Shown here piece after piece: positions 17,294 through 26,690 of a stretch of DNA of 32,000 nt. Source of the DNA: an archaeon (GTDB lineage Archaea; Asgardarchaeota; Thorarchaeia; Thorarchaeales; Thorarchaeaceae); contig JAJRZD010000024.1 in NCBI GenBank assembly GCA_024275415.1, positions 64,427-96,426 of the forward strand. The letters are read 5' to 3'. The translations under genes and the position numbers were made by a program. Position 1 is the stretch's first letter. Every line of letters starts with the position of its first letter. Under the pieces are notes generated by a model that saw only the letters and a program-made list of their open reading frames with translations, searched no databases and had not been told where the DNA came from.

Positions 17294-17854
17294 CTACTTA
17301 TCGCTACAAGAATCGTAGGCCTCTTTCGCACCTGCTGCATTCCGTTCGCCAACCTTTCCGGGCCATTTCTGCTTGATGACCTCCTGAACGGTTTCTAGTT
17401 TGACAAGTCCTGTCGCCTTTGCAAATGCACCAAGCATTGTGGTGTTAACAACGGGAAGTCCAGCAACGAGAAGATTGTGCCTCAGCGCGATTCCAGTGCC
17501 ATCATATGTGAATATTCTCGCTGAATCATAATCGAACTCGGAGGGTGCCTTCTGAGTGTTGATGATGATAATCCCGTTCTCTTTGAGACCCTCTGTTGGG
17601 TCTATCAGATCAACGATGCCAGGATCCAGAATGGCGACAATATCGGGTTCGTATATCTGACTTCGCACATTGATGGGTTCGTCAGATATCCGCGTAAAGG
17701 CTTTCACAGGGGCTCCTCTTCGCTCTGCGCCAAAGTATGGGAACGCCTGTACTCCCTTGTACCCATCAAGGAATGCTGCTTTTGCCAGTAGCTCGGCACT
17801 TGTCACGCCTCCCTGTCCGCCGCGGCCGTGCCATCGGATCTCAATCATGGGCAT
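17294..17854 (-). CDS. porG: 2-oxoacid (pyruvate/ketoisovalerate):ferredoxin oxidoreductase gamma subunit
   Basis: IEIRWHGRGGQGGVTSAELLA, FPYFGAERRGAPV, YEPDIV, VNTTMLGA. Start is ATG at 17854 or 17848, after GAGGAG. Confidence 0.92.
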   Translation of the reverse strand: MPMIEIRWHGRGGQGGVTSAELLAKAAFLDGYKGVQAFPYFGAERRGAPVKAFTRISDEPINVRSQIYEPDIVAILDPGIVDLIDPTEGLKENGIIIINTQKAPSEFDYDSARIFTYDGTGIALRHNLLVAGLPVVNTTMLGAFAKATGLVKLETVQEVIKQKWPGKVGERNAAGAKEAYDSCSDK

Positions 17855-18071
17855 TAATAATATCTCCTCGACAAAGTGAATCTTTGTCCAACCTGTGACC
17901 AACAGGAGTCAAACAAAACTGTTTCGCTATCAACATCAAACAATAGACAAAGATTGATTGGTCGTTGTTTGAAGATACTAAGGAAAGCATACCCGACAAG
18001 GGGAGTCAGGCATTGTGTCAGCACACCGATAATTCTTAAGAGCCAGACTGTCGAGCGGAAAATCGACCACA

Positions 18072-18899
18072 ATGAACGACTACTTTGAGGCAAACAAGAA
18101 CCTTTGGGATGCAAAGGCTGAGATTCATAAAGACTCGAAATTCTATGATGTCGATGGATTCTTGAAAGGGAACGAGCCATTGGATACTATTGTGATTGAT
18201 GAAATAGGGGATGTCACTCAAAAATCAATCCTCCACCTTCAGTGCCATATAGGCCTTGACACGATGTCTTGGGAAAGGAAAGGTGCAAATGCTGTCGGGG
18301 TCGACTTCTCTGGTGAAGCGGTCAAGATTGCACATTCAATCGCGCAGCAAGCCAATTTAAGAACACGGTTTATCGAGTCCAACATCTATGACCTTCCAGA
18401 GGTGCTTGATGAAAAATTCGATATTGTATTCGTATCCGAAGGCTCAATCATGTGGTTGAATGACTTGAAACGATGGGCAGATGTCATCTATCGTTTTCTC
18501 AAACCAGGGGGATTCTTCTACATATGGGAGTTTCACCCTTTCGGGTATGTCTTCGAGGACGAGTGTGAAGAGCCGGTTCTCAAGGTGAGATATCCATATT
18601 TCCAAGGAAGTGACCCGATAATCTACATTTCTGATGTCACATACACTGACAGCGAAACGAAATTGGAACCGAAACAGGCGTATGAATGGAATCATGGCAT
18701 TGCAGAGGTCATTAATTCCCTGACCAATGCAGGATTGTATATCGAGTTCTTCAACGAATTCCCATTTGCGACCTACAAGGCACTTCCCTTTATGGTGAAA
18801 AACAAAGAAGGAAGGTATGTACTGCCAGAAGGAATGCAACCCTTGCCGTTCATGTATTCACTCAAAGCTTCCAAACCAGCTACTCCAAATTCAGAGTGA
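18072..18899 (+). CDS. Class I SAM-dependent methyltransferase
   Basis: ILHLQCHIGLDT motif I variant, VGVDFS, FDIVFVS, LKPGGFFYIWEFHP. Confidence 0.9.
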   Translation: MNDYFEANKNLWDAKAEIHKDSKFYDVDGFLKGNEPLDTIVIDEIGDVTQKSILHLQCHIGLDTMSWERKGANAVGVDFSGEAVKIAHSIAQQANLRTRFIESNIYDLPEVLDEKFDIVFVSEGSIMWLNDLKRWADVIYRFLKPGGFFYIWEFHPFGYVFEDECEEPVLKVRYPYFQGSDPIIYISDVTYTDSETKLEPKQAYEWNHGIAEVINSLTNAGLYIEFFNEFPFATYKALPFMVKNKEGRYVLPEGMQPLPFMYSLKASKPATPNSE

Positions 18900-18904
18900 C
18901 TGTG

Positions 18905-20278
18905 TCAAATGAAGGAGTCCTGCCGCAGAGCAGATATCACTCCTTCAGCAGAATTGGCAGCCTGTTGCAACCCGACTCCCGACCCTGCAGTGTCGGTTCC
19001 CACGATATACAATCCTTGGATTGGAGTTCGAGGTCCCGGACGATCCAAGTCGGTCTGACCAGGAATCAGTGCGGCCCTAGTCGCGTATGATGACTGGACA
19101 TGCTCCATTTCGATGTGCTGGAGAATCTCGGGGTAATACTCCTCGAACCCGTTCCCCTTCATGATATCTACATGCTCTTCGATTGTCTTTCCGGGAATTG
19201 CCATCATTGCAACGCCGACCAGTTCTTTCCCATTAGGTGCACACGAAGGGTCAAAGCTGGAAAGAGACACAATCCATCGGTTAGGATTGGGGTGCACAAG
19301 CACGCGATTCTTTCGATCCCCGATGACCACTTCGTCAAGTCCTAGCCAGAGCGTGACGCCCTGTGTGGGTTGCATGGAGTTCCATCGAGCAAAAAACTCA
19401 TTGACTCGCCCTAATGTCGAATCTACTATCTTATCCATGTCCCAGAGCGGAATGTTGCTGATAATCAGACTATGTTCGATGTGCAGACCTGAAATAGTAA
19501 GGCCAGTCACCTTGCCCCCAGACTCGTGAATCTGTTCAACTGGGGCATTAAGGACATAATCACCGTTGATTGCTTCAATAACATTCTTGATGAGACTTTC
19601 CATCCCGCCGATTACATAGCCCTCGTCATAATCCCCTGTGCCAAAGAGAAGTCGCTTAATCTGTTCCAGCTTTCCTGATTCCTTATCTGTGTCCTTTAGG
19701 GTTCTCAATGACTCGTATGCAGAAGCTTCGTTAATACCAACACCTGCTGCCATGTAAATTGCAGATTGCATGACATCAAGAACGACCTGATTCATCGCAT
19801 TCTTTGACTGCATGAACTCGAGGAACGAGATGTCTTTGTACTTCTTCATCTCATCCAGTTTCATGGTCTTAATCTTCGCCCCGATCTTTGCTAGCCCGAG
19901 CCTTCCACGAAAGTCGGTCAATGGCCACCGTAATGTTTCGCCCACACTAGTCGGAATCGTCCCTACCTTGTCATATACCCTGAAATACCATCCATCATGC
20001 AGGACGAACTCAGGAGGCGATGGAAGATAGTTCCGCATGAAACGCGTAAAGGCTCCACGTTTGACTCGCGTTATCACATGAAGACCGTTATCAACGCGAT
20101 AACCATTCACCCAATAACTATGCCATACACCTCCTAGCCGAGAAGATTTCTCGAGCACCAAGACTTTCTTCCCTTCTGCTGTCAGCACCAGCGCAGTCAA
20201 GAGACCTCCAGCCCCCGAACCCGCGATGATCGCATCATATGAACTCGGGTTGACCTGCTCGATAGATATCGCTCTCAT
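18905..20278 (-). CDS. FAD-dependent oxidoreductase, phytoene desaturase/amine oxidase-like (COG1233)
   Basis: DAIIAGSGAGGL...VLEK...LGG dinucleotide-binding motif; RPGPRTPIQGLYIVG C-terminal motif. Confidence 0.85.
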   Translation of the reverse strand: MRAISIEQVNPSSYDAIIAGSGAGGLLTALVLTAEGKKVLVLEKSSRLGGVWHSYWVNGYRVDNGLHVITRVKRGAFTRFMRNYLPSPPEFVLHDGWYFRVYDKVGTIPTSVGETLRWPLTDFRGRLGLAKIGAKIKTMKLDEMKKYKDISFLEFMQSKNAMNQVVLDVMQSAIYMAAGVGINEASAYESLRTLKDTDKESGKLEQIKRLLFGTGDYDEGYVIGGMESLIKNVIEAINGDYVLNAPVEQIHESGGKVTGLTISGLHIEHSLIISNIPLWDMDKIVDSTLGRVNEFFARWNSMQPTQGVTLWLGLDEVVIGDRKNRVLVHPNPNRWIVSLSSFDPSCAPNGKELVGVAMMAIPGKTIEEHVDIMKGNGFEEYYPEILQHIEMEHVQSSYATRAALIPGQTDLDRPGPRTPIQGLYIVGTDTAGSGVGLQQAANSAEGVISALRQDSFI

Positions 20279-20325
20279 GATATTTGCAATGTCCTTTTGA
20301 TGGCTACTTAAGCATGATGTCAGAA

Positions 20326-21435
20326 TTATAGTAAACCTACTGGACGCCTCTTTGCTGCTGATTCGTAGGCAGCATCCACAATTCGGTGTGCTGCAACCGC
20401 ATCTTTGAAACTCGGAGTCGGCTCATCACCATTGGTAACTGCATTAAGAAATGCATAGCTCAACGCTGCGTATCGCTCTCCACCAATGGATGTGAGGGTT
20501 TCGACTGCATCAGGAGAAATGCTATTTTTGGAATGTAGTCCCAAGCGTTCTAGGAGCACATCATCCGCCTTCTCCTGCCAGATTCGGATTGGGGGTTCGT
20601 CAGCTAGTTGATACTCAAGATACCGCTTTCCAGACTCAAGATTGATAGCCAGATATCCTTTCTCAAAGAAGAACTCGATGCTTCTCTCATTGGGTCTATC
20701 AACCCAGTGCCAGACAGAATCCAATGTGCTTACAGCACCGTTCTTGTGGCTCAATATCAATGAAGCATGGTCTTCAACATCCTTTCCTGAGAAATAATTG
20801 ACTTTTGCAAAGACATCTACTACATCGCCAAAAAACCACCTGATGATGTCGATGTCATGGATGCTGTGCTCAAGAAGGGTTCCCCCGCCAGCTTTTGATT
20901 TGACGCCTCGCCATTTGCTGCGATAGAGATAGCCAATCGGGAATCTCTGGTCATCACGGATATGCGCCAACATTGGCCGTCCAAAACTATGAGTTTCAAT
21001 CAACTTCTTGGCGTATAGCAGGAACTGGTCATATCTGAGCACGAGGCCGACTACAGACTTCACCTTTGAGTCAATCACAACGCCTAGCATCTCTGATGCT
21101 TGAGGACAACTGTGGGCAAGAGGCTTCTCACAGAAAACCTGTTTCTTTGCTTTTGCAGCAGCCTTGACCATGTCCATGTGCTTATTGGTAGGAGTACAGA
21201 CATAGACAACATCTACGTTCTCGTCATTCACAAGTGCCATATAATCCTCGTAGACTATAGGGACTTCAAAAAGATTTGATGCTAAAGATAGACTCTCCTT
21301 GTCAGTGTCACATAGAGCAGTGACTTGAACATCAAGGAGACCAGATTCCTTTAATGATGATAATCCTGTAAGGTGAATCTTACCAATATTCCCAGTACCG
21401 ATCAACCCTACACGGACGGTTTGACCATTGCTCAA
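20326..21435 (-). CDS. Gfo/Idh/MocA family oxidoreductase
   Basis: VGLIGTGNIG, VYVCTPTNKH, CEKPLA, GGGTLLEHSIHDID. Confidence 0.93.
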   Translation of the reverse strand: MSNGQTVRVGLIGTGNIGKIHLTGLSSLKESGLLDVQVTALCDTDKESLSLASNLFEVPIVYEDYMALVNDENVDVVYVCTPTNKHMDMVKAAAKAKKQVFCEKPLAHSCPQASEMLGVVIDSKVKSVVGLVLRYDQFLLYAKKLIETHSFGRPMLAHIRDDQRFPIGYLYRSKWRGVKSKAGGGTLLEHSIHDIDIIRWFFGDVVDVFAKVNYFSGKDVEDHASLILSHKNGAVSTLDSVWHWVDRPNERSIEFFFEKGYLAINLESGKRYLEYQLADEPPIRIWQEKADDVLLERLGLHSKNSISPDAVETLTSIGGERYAALSYAFLNAVTNGDEPTPSFKDAVAAHRIVDAAYESAAKRRPVGLL

Positions 21436-21578
21436 TAGACTTCCCTTACCATGAAGGTTTTCTCACAAATGGTATATGAGTCTTCTGCGACTCAAGGGAT
21501 ATCGAGTCCTCAAGAGCAACCAATATCAGGGAAGCCTGCTCTGAGAAAAATCGTACTTGGGCCAATCGGTGAAACATC

Positions 21579-22886
21579 ATGATGACTGACAAGGAGAAGC
21601 TGCAGAAAGCAATGCAATCAATAAAAGAAGGGAAAAAAGAGATAGCTTGCAAGCTTCTTGCACAGGTCGCCGAGAACTTCTCAGCCAAACGAGAGTACAA
21701 ACGCGCAGCACGTGTCTTTGAGAAAGCTGGTATCCTTGCCAGAATCATGAATCGTCCTGAGGAAGCGTTGGCATATCTAGAAAAAGCAGTAGTCGAATAT
21801 ATGAGAATGCACTCTGATGATGTGCATCCAGAGATTGTAAGAGTGAACTCCCTTGCTGCGGAGGTTGCGGCAGATACCCAGGACTTTGGAGCAGCAGCCG
21901 AGTTTTATTTCAGAGCTCTAGATTTCGAACAAGAGGAGCAGAAGCCGGCACTCGTCTTGAAGGCAGTTGATGCATTAGAAACTCTAGCGGATAGGCAAGA
22001 GGTCGAGGGAAACCTAGAGGAGTCAATCAGACTAATCAAGAAAATCAGCAGGATATACTATTCGTTGGATGATGAAGAACTTGGACACCGAATGAACGAG
22101 CGAGCAATCAGGACTGCCCTTAGATGGGCTGAGAATGCAAAACAAGCAAAAGATTACTTACAAGTGGGCAACGCTCTAGCTGAAGCCGCACAACTCCATC
22201 AGTCAAACGACGAATTCGTAGATGCTGCAAAACTGATGGTTGACGCAGGAGAGCATTACGAGGCTGCTGAGGCATACGAGAAGGCAGGGAACATCTATGA
22301 CGCGGCTCAAGAGATATACAAGCTCGAGAGATTGACTGCAAAGCGGAATCAGGCAATGTTCAAAGCAGCCGAGGCATATGTGAAGATGGAGGGAAAGCCA
22401 GAGGTCGTAGCACCTTTGCTTGTTAAGGCAGGAGATATGTTCTCCGAACTGCAAAGCACAATGAAGGCAAGATGGGCCTACAAAAAAGTCAATGAGATCT
22501 TTGAGAGATTGGCAAAGTCTGCTGCTGAGATCCAAGATATAGAATCCGAGAAGACCTATCTGAGATATCAAGCAATGTGCTTGGAGAAGTGGGGCAGCGA
22601 AGAAGAGGCTGAGCAAATTTACAACGAGGTGATAGACTACTTCCTCACGCAAGCAAAGCAGGAGGAAGAACGGGATAACAAGGAGCTTCAGGCACTCTCG
22701 TTAGAATCGGCAGCAGGGGTTCTCATCGAGGCAGGTAGGATTGAAGAAGCCAAGATCCATCAAGAAAGAGCCATAGAACTCTATGTCGAGCTTGCGGATT
22801 CAAGTGCAGTAAGGGAAAGCTTTGATGAGAGCTCCAGATTTTACTCGAAGGCTGCCGAATGTGCAGGAAAGATGGGAGAGCATTAA
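21579..22886 (+). CDS. TPR/alpha-solenoid protein with SNAP (NSF attachment protein)-like repeats, N-terminal 435 aa
   Basis: Ala/Glu-rich helical repeats of the form AAxxYEKAG; the segment GNALAEAAQLH...DAA...VDAG resembles alpha-SNAP. Confidence 0.75.
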   Translation: MMTDKEKLQKAMQSIKEGKKEIACKLLAQVAENFSAKREYKRAARVFEKAGILARIMNRPEEALAYLEKAVVEYMRMHSDDVHPEIVRVNSLAAEVAADTQDFGAAAEFYFRALDFEQEEQKPALVLKAVDALETLADRQEVEGNLEESIRLIKKISRIYYSLDDEELGHRMNERAIRTALRWAENAKQAKDYLQVGNALAEAAQLHQSNDEFVDAAKLMVDAGEHYEAAEAYEKAGNIYDAAQEIYKLERLTAKRNQAMFKAAEAYVKMEGKPEVVAPLLVKAGDMFSELQSTMKARWAYKKVNEIFERLAKSAAEIQDIESEKTYLRYQAMCLEKWGSEEEAEQIYNEVIDYFLTQAKQEEERDNKELQALSLESAAGVLIEAGRIEEAKIHQERAIELYVELADSSAVRESFDESSRFYSKAAECAGKMGEH

Positions 22887-23381
22887 CGTGAGGAGTCATT
22901 TCATTGGATTGCAAGCGAGAAGGCCGAGCAGGCTGCAAAGCTCTATGAAAAGATGGAAATTCATGAGTTGGCAACAGTATGGACTAGAACAGCAGGACTG
23001 GAAGCTCTACAGATTAATAATCAAGATACCCTTGAGCGAGCGACTCGGCTGCTTGAAAAGTCAGCAAGGGAGTTCTTGAGCATAGGCGAGGAGAAAGAGG
23101 CATTCAATGACCTATTCATGGTCTACTCGACCATTTACTCATGGAAACAACCCGAGTCGTCGGATCACCTCGATGAAATAATGAGCCAATTAGAAGAGAT
23201 TGCAAGGATAACAAAAGACGAGGAGGTTCAAGCAACGATGGCGGTGGTTCGAGAGCTCCAAAGAGGAAAATACATAGCTGCGCTCCTAGCACTGCAAGAG
23301 AGGGAGGATGACCTCCTGAGTCGGCGCGATAAGCTTAGGGAACTCATCAAACTTGGTGATTCAAAAGAGAGAGCAAAATAA
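22887..23381 (+). other. In-frame continuation of the solenoid protein beyond TAA 22884-22886 (includes track ORF 22953-23381)
   Basis: CAT TAA CGT GAG GAG TCA TTT CAT TGG...: REESFHWIASEKAEQAAKLYEKMEIHELA continues the same repeat pattern in the same frame. Confidence 0.75.
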
Positions 23382-23428
23382 ATCAACATCTCCTCATTTC
23401 CCCATCTATAGTTATGTGAGGCGATAAA

Positions 23429-23848
23429 ATGGGAACATATCACGAAACAATCGAAGTCGGGACAAAGGGCAACTGCGATATGATTGACATCACAGATCAA
23501 GTATCTGATGCAATCCGGAAAAGCAATTTGCAAAACGGGATTTGCACAGTCTTTTGTCCTGGGTCGACGGGAGCCATCACGACCATAGAATACGAGGGAG
23601 GGTTGTTAGAAGATTTCCCGGTCGCAATGGAACGGCTAGCGCCTCAGGATGCAGTGTACCAGCACCATTTACGATGGAGAGATGGCAATGGGCATTCACA
23701 TGTCAGAGCATCCATACTGGGACCAAGCATCACGATCCCCTTTGTGAACACGCAACTCACACTGGGGACTTGGCAGCAAATCACGTTCATCGACTTTGAC
23801 AATAAAGCACGTAACAGAAGACTAGAAGTCATGCTGATTGGTGAGTGA
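23429..23848 (+). CDS. yjbQ: YjbQ/UPF0047 family protein
   Basis: IDITDQV, FCPGSTGAI, YQHH...GNGHSHVRAS, LGTWQQITFIDFD. Confidence 0.92.
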   Translation: MGTYHETIEVGTKGNCDMIDITDQVSDAIRKSNLQNGICTVFCPGSTGAITTIEYEGGLLEDFPVAMERLAPQDAVYQHHLRWRDGNGHSHVRASILGPSITIPFVNTQLTLGTWQQITFIDFDNKARNRRLEVMLIGE

Positions 23849-24115
23849 TTACCAGATTGCCTCACTCGCTCTCAAGTCCCATATCAGCTCGCGGGTGCTT
23901 AGGGAGGGAGCTGACTCACGAATCTTCAGAGCGAGATAATGAATCCGAAGGGCTCTCCTTAGCCTATGGAGCTGGTATGGTCGATCCCATCCTTGTGGTG
24001 AGTTCCTGTAGTCAAAAGAATCCATCAAGCTTCGAATCGTATCAATTTCTTTTTGCACTTGTTCTTTAATATCATCAATCGCACGATCAATGACGAGTCC
24101 TCTTCGGTGATCCAT
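23849..24115 (-). CDS. Small hypothetical helical protein (88 aa)
   Basis: ATG preceded by GAGGT SD; fills the gap between nob1 and yjbQ; amphipathic helical composition. Confidence 0.5.
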   Translation of the reverse strand: MDHRRGLVIDRAIDDIKEQVQKEIDTIRSLMDSFDYRNSPQGWDRPYQLHRLRRALRIHYLALKIRESAPSLSTRELIWDLRASEAIW

Positions 24116-24187
24116 CTCTGTGACCTCATAAGAGGTGTTTCATCATGTCAAGATAATGACGAGTATGACACAGGTAATACTGAGGTC

Positions 24188-24700
24188 TCATTGAAGCCTG
24201 CGTTGTGAACGCCTCGTTCTCCGCATTCTAGTCCCGCATACGACACAGTCGCTTTCTTTGCTGGTCGAACTTGTATGTCCGCATGCCGGACACTTCAAGG
24301 CCCATCTGACAACACGCTTCATCCTACCTGTGGGATCCAGAATGTCTATGTCCAAATGTCTGGCAGTGTTGAGAAGTGCTAAATCTGTAGAAACCATGAC
24401 AGCTTCTTGACCGGATTCTTTCTTTTGAAGTGCAAGTCCTACTAATTCAATATCAACTTCTGAAAGCTCCCTGATATCACCAGAGGCTTCAGCTGCGGAC
24501 CTCACCTTTTCGATATACGGAGAATCCACATCTTCTATCACAAGATATCCTGTAGAGATTAGGGATTCTGCCCTTCTCAAGCTGGGTCTATTCTTCAGTT
24601 CGGAGATGACATTGTGTGTTGTCACGAATCTAGAAGATGGATTTCGAAGTGTCCAATCAGAGAACAGAATCCCAGCGTCCACAACATGTATCTGTGCCAC
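24188..24700 (-). CDS. nob1: NOB1-like endonuclease (PIN domain + Zn ribbon)
   Basis: VVDAGIL, VISELK, GDIRELSEVDIELVGLAL, STDLALLN, then W..KCPACG...CVVCG. Confidence 0.9.
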   Translation of the reverse strand: MAQIHVVDAGILFSDWTLRNPSSRFVTTHNVISELKNRPSLRRAESLISTGYLVIEDVDSPYIEKVRSAAEASGDIRELSEVDIELVGLALQKKESGQEAVMVSTDLALLNTARHLDIDILDPTGRMKRVVRWALKCPACGHTSSTSKESDCVVCGTRMRRTRRSQRRLQ

Positions 24701-24701
24701 C

Positions 24702-25592
24702 CTAGGCCACCTGTTTGGTACGCGGCACGAGTCGTGTGTTCAATCGGTGATAATAGTTATCGCTGAGACGAATGAACCGACTCACACCATCGGACTTCTT
24801 GACCCACACAATCCCACCATGTTCGACCTCATAGTTTGTCTGCCCGTCAATCACCGCCAGTCCTTGTGCTCCCTTCTTGACAAGTTCGAGCTCTATGACA
24901 CCGTCATCAGGAAAGACCATGGACTTCAATTCAAAACGTGGCGGGCAGACAGGAACGAAGATGATGCCGTGAACTCTGGGTGTAAGTATCGAGCCACCGG
25001 CAGCAAGCGCATATGCACTAGACCCTGTGGGAGTCGCAACCATTGCTCCGTCAGCTCTACCAAAGTCCACCTGAATGCCATCAACCCTAACATCGAAAGT
25101 GAGAAGACGACCCGGAATCCTAGATACGACATAGACCTCATTCAATGCGTCCTCGAACCGGACATCCTCAGTACCTGAAGCAAGATTGATGTTATTCTCA
25201 ATAATGCAATCATTGTCAAGAACCTTGTTTAGGGCATTCTGGGCATAACGGGTGCTAGTTTCTGTCATGAATCCAACAGTGCCTTTGTTCACGCAGAACA
25301 GAGGAATCTGTCTGCTGGGAAGGCGGTAGAGGGTATAGAGTATCGTACCATCGCCACCAACCGTAATAACGAAATCAACATCCATGTCTTCGATATCGAC
25401 CACATCGACATGCTTGTGTGTTGAAGGACAGGAACCCCGATCGACCAGAACCTTGATGTTACGACGAGTCAGTACATCAACGAGAAGACTAGCAGTCTTC
25501 TCAATCTCCTTTCTTCCAGGCTTACATACAAGACCCACCGTACGCTTCTCACTCAGGATTTGAGGATTAGTTTCTATCGACAAAGGAAGCAC
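24702..25592 (-). CDS. nadK: NAD kinase
   Basis: VGGDGTIL, NKGTVGF, LNEV, ADGAMVATPTGSSAYALAAGG. The start may be TTG at 25583. Confidence 0.94.
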   Translation of the reverse strand: MLPLSIETNPQILSEKRTVGLVCKPGRKEIEKTASLLVDVLTRRNIKVLVDRGSCPSTHKHVDVVDIEDMDVDFVITVGGDGTILYTLYRLPSRQIPLFCVNKGTVGFMTETSTRYAQNALNKVLDNDCIIENNINLASGTEDVRFEDALNEVYVVSRIPGRLLTFDVRVDGIQVDFGRADGAMVATPTGSSAYALAAGGSILTPRVHGIIFVPVCPPRFELKSMVFPDDGVIELELVKKGAQGLAVIDGQTNYEVEHGGIVWVKKSDGVSRFIRLSDNYYHRLNTRLVPRTKQVA

Positions 25593-25739
25593 CCATATCG
25601 ACCATCCAGAGGTTCCCTTTTACTGTTGTCGTTACAATAGATTTCGGATGGACTGGGCAGTGAAAGAAAAAGTATAATTGGAACCCTCGGGTTGAAAATA
25701 ACTGGATTGGTCTGCGTTGACTGATTTGAGTGTGATATT

Positions 25740-26135
25740 ATGAGTATCAAAAAAGCTGTTGTAAAAAGCCTCAAACCAGGAAGCTACTTTATGCTTGAAG
25801 ATGAGCCCTGTAGAATTGTGAGTATTGAAAAATCCAAACCTGGAAAGCATGGGGCTGCGAAGGCAAACATCACCGCGGTCGGCTTCTTCACGGGAAGAAA
25901 ACGAAACGCCATCATGCCAGCAGACCGCATGGTGGATGTTCCCGTCATCGATAAACGGAGCGCTACCATAATTGCAGATCTGGGCGACAACCTAAGCATC
26001 ATGGACTCTGAAAGCTACGAGACCTTTGAAGTGGAACGGCCTACTGACCAAGAACTGGCGAGTAAAACTGTAGTCAATGCTGAAATCGAGTATTGGGATG
26101 TAATGGGCAAGAAAGTCATTACCCGAGTCAAATAA
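25740..26135 (+). CDS. eif5a: Translation factor aIF5A
   Basis: PCRIVSIEKSKPGKHGAAKA containing the hypusine-site lysine; VDVPVIDKR. Confidence 0.96.
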   Translation: MSIKKAVVKSLKPGSYFMLEDEPCRIVSIEKSKPGKHGAAKANITAVGFFTGRKRNAIMPADRMVDVPVIDKRSATIIADLGDNLSIMDSESYETFEVERPTDQELASKTVVNAEIEYWDVMGKKVITRVK

Positions 26136-26219
26136 GGTCGGTCTTGAATCAAGGTGAGGTGCAAGGACAGTATCGGTTCTTTATGTTCGATTTCTCCTCT
26201 GAGATGAGGTGTCTGGGAC

Positions 26220-26675
26220 ATGGCATCGAAAGAGATGATTGATGAGGAGGATCGTAAAATCATTGCCATGCTCAGAGAGAATGCGCGTAGGTCTCTGAGG
26301 AGCATGGCAAAGGAAGTCAAGATAAGCCCATCCTCAGTCAGGAATCGAATCGAGCGGCTCGTCCAGAAGGGGATAATCAAGAGATTCACAGTGGATGTGG
26401 ATCCTAGAAAGATAGGATACGAACTACAGGTAATTGTATTGGTCACATCCCGCCCAGGTGCATCGGACTCGTTATTCAAGGCATTACAGTCCTTTCCTCA
26501 GATTTCCAGTGTCCATTGGACATCAGGCCCGGCGAATTTCGTATGCATGATCCGCGTTCACGATATGAACGACCTATCACATTTCCTCACCTCAGAGTTG
26601 GAGAAGCTCAAAGGAGTAGAACGAGTTGAAAGTATGTTCGTTATGGCCCAAAGCGAGAAGGACAGCCTTCTGTAA
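26220..26675 (+). CDS. Lrp/AsnC family transcriptional regulator
   Basis: DEEDRKIIAMLRENARRSLRSMAKEVKISPSSVRNRIERLVQKGIIKRFTV plus a RAM-like C-terminal domain. Confidence 0.92.
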   Translation: MASKEMIDEEDRKIIAMLRENARRSLRSMAKEVKISPSSVRNRIERLVQKGIIKRFTVDVDPRKIGYELQVIVLVTSRPGASDSLFKALQSFPQISSVHWTSGPANFVCMIRVHDMNDLSHFLTSELEKLKGVERVESMFVMAQSEKDSLL

Positions 26676-26690
26676 GAACAAACAAGGAGT

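Noticed and set aside
18905-20278. Possible Rab-GDI/REP-like protein, given the trafficking-like genes nearby and the shared fold
   Set aside because: It retains an intact GxGxxG FAD motif and a phytoene-desaturase-like C-terminal motif, so an ordinary flavoenzyme is the simpler reading.
10499-22886. Genome-wide reassignment of TAA to an amino acid
   Set aside because: TAA properly terminates many genes here (e.g. at 5401, 20326, 23381, 26135, 26675, 28504).
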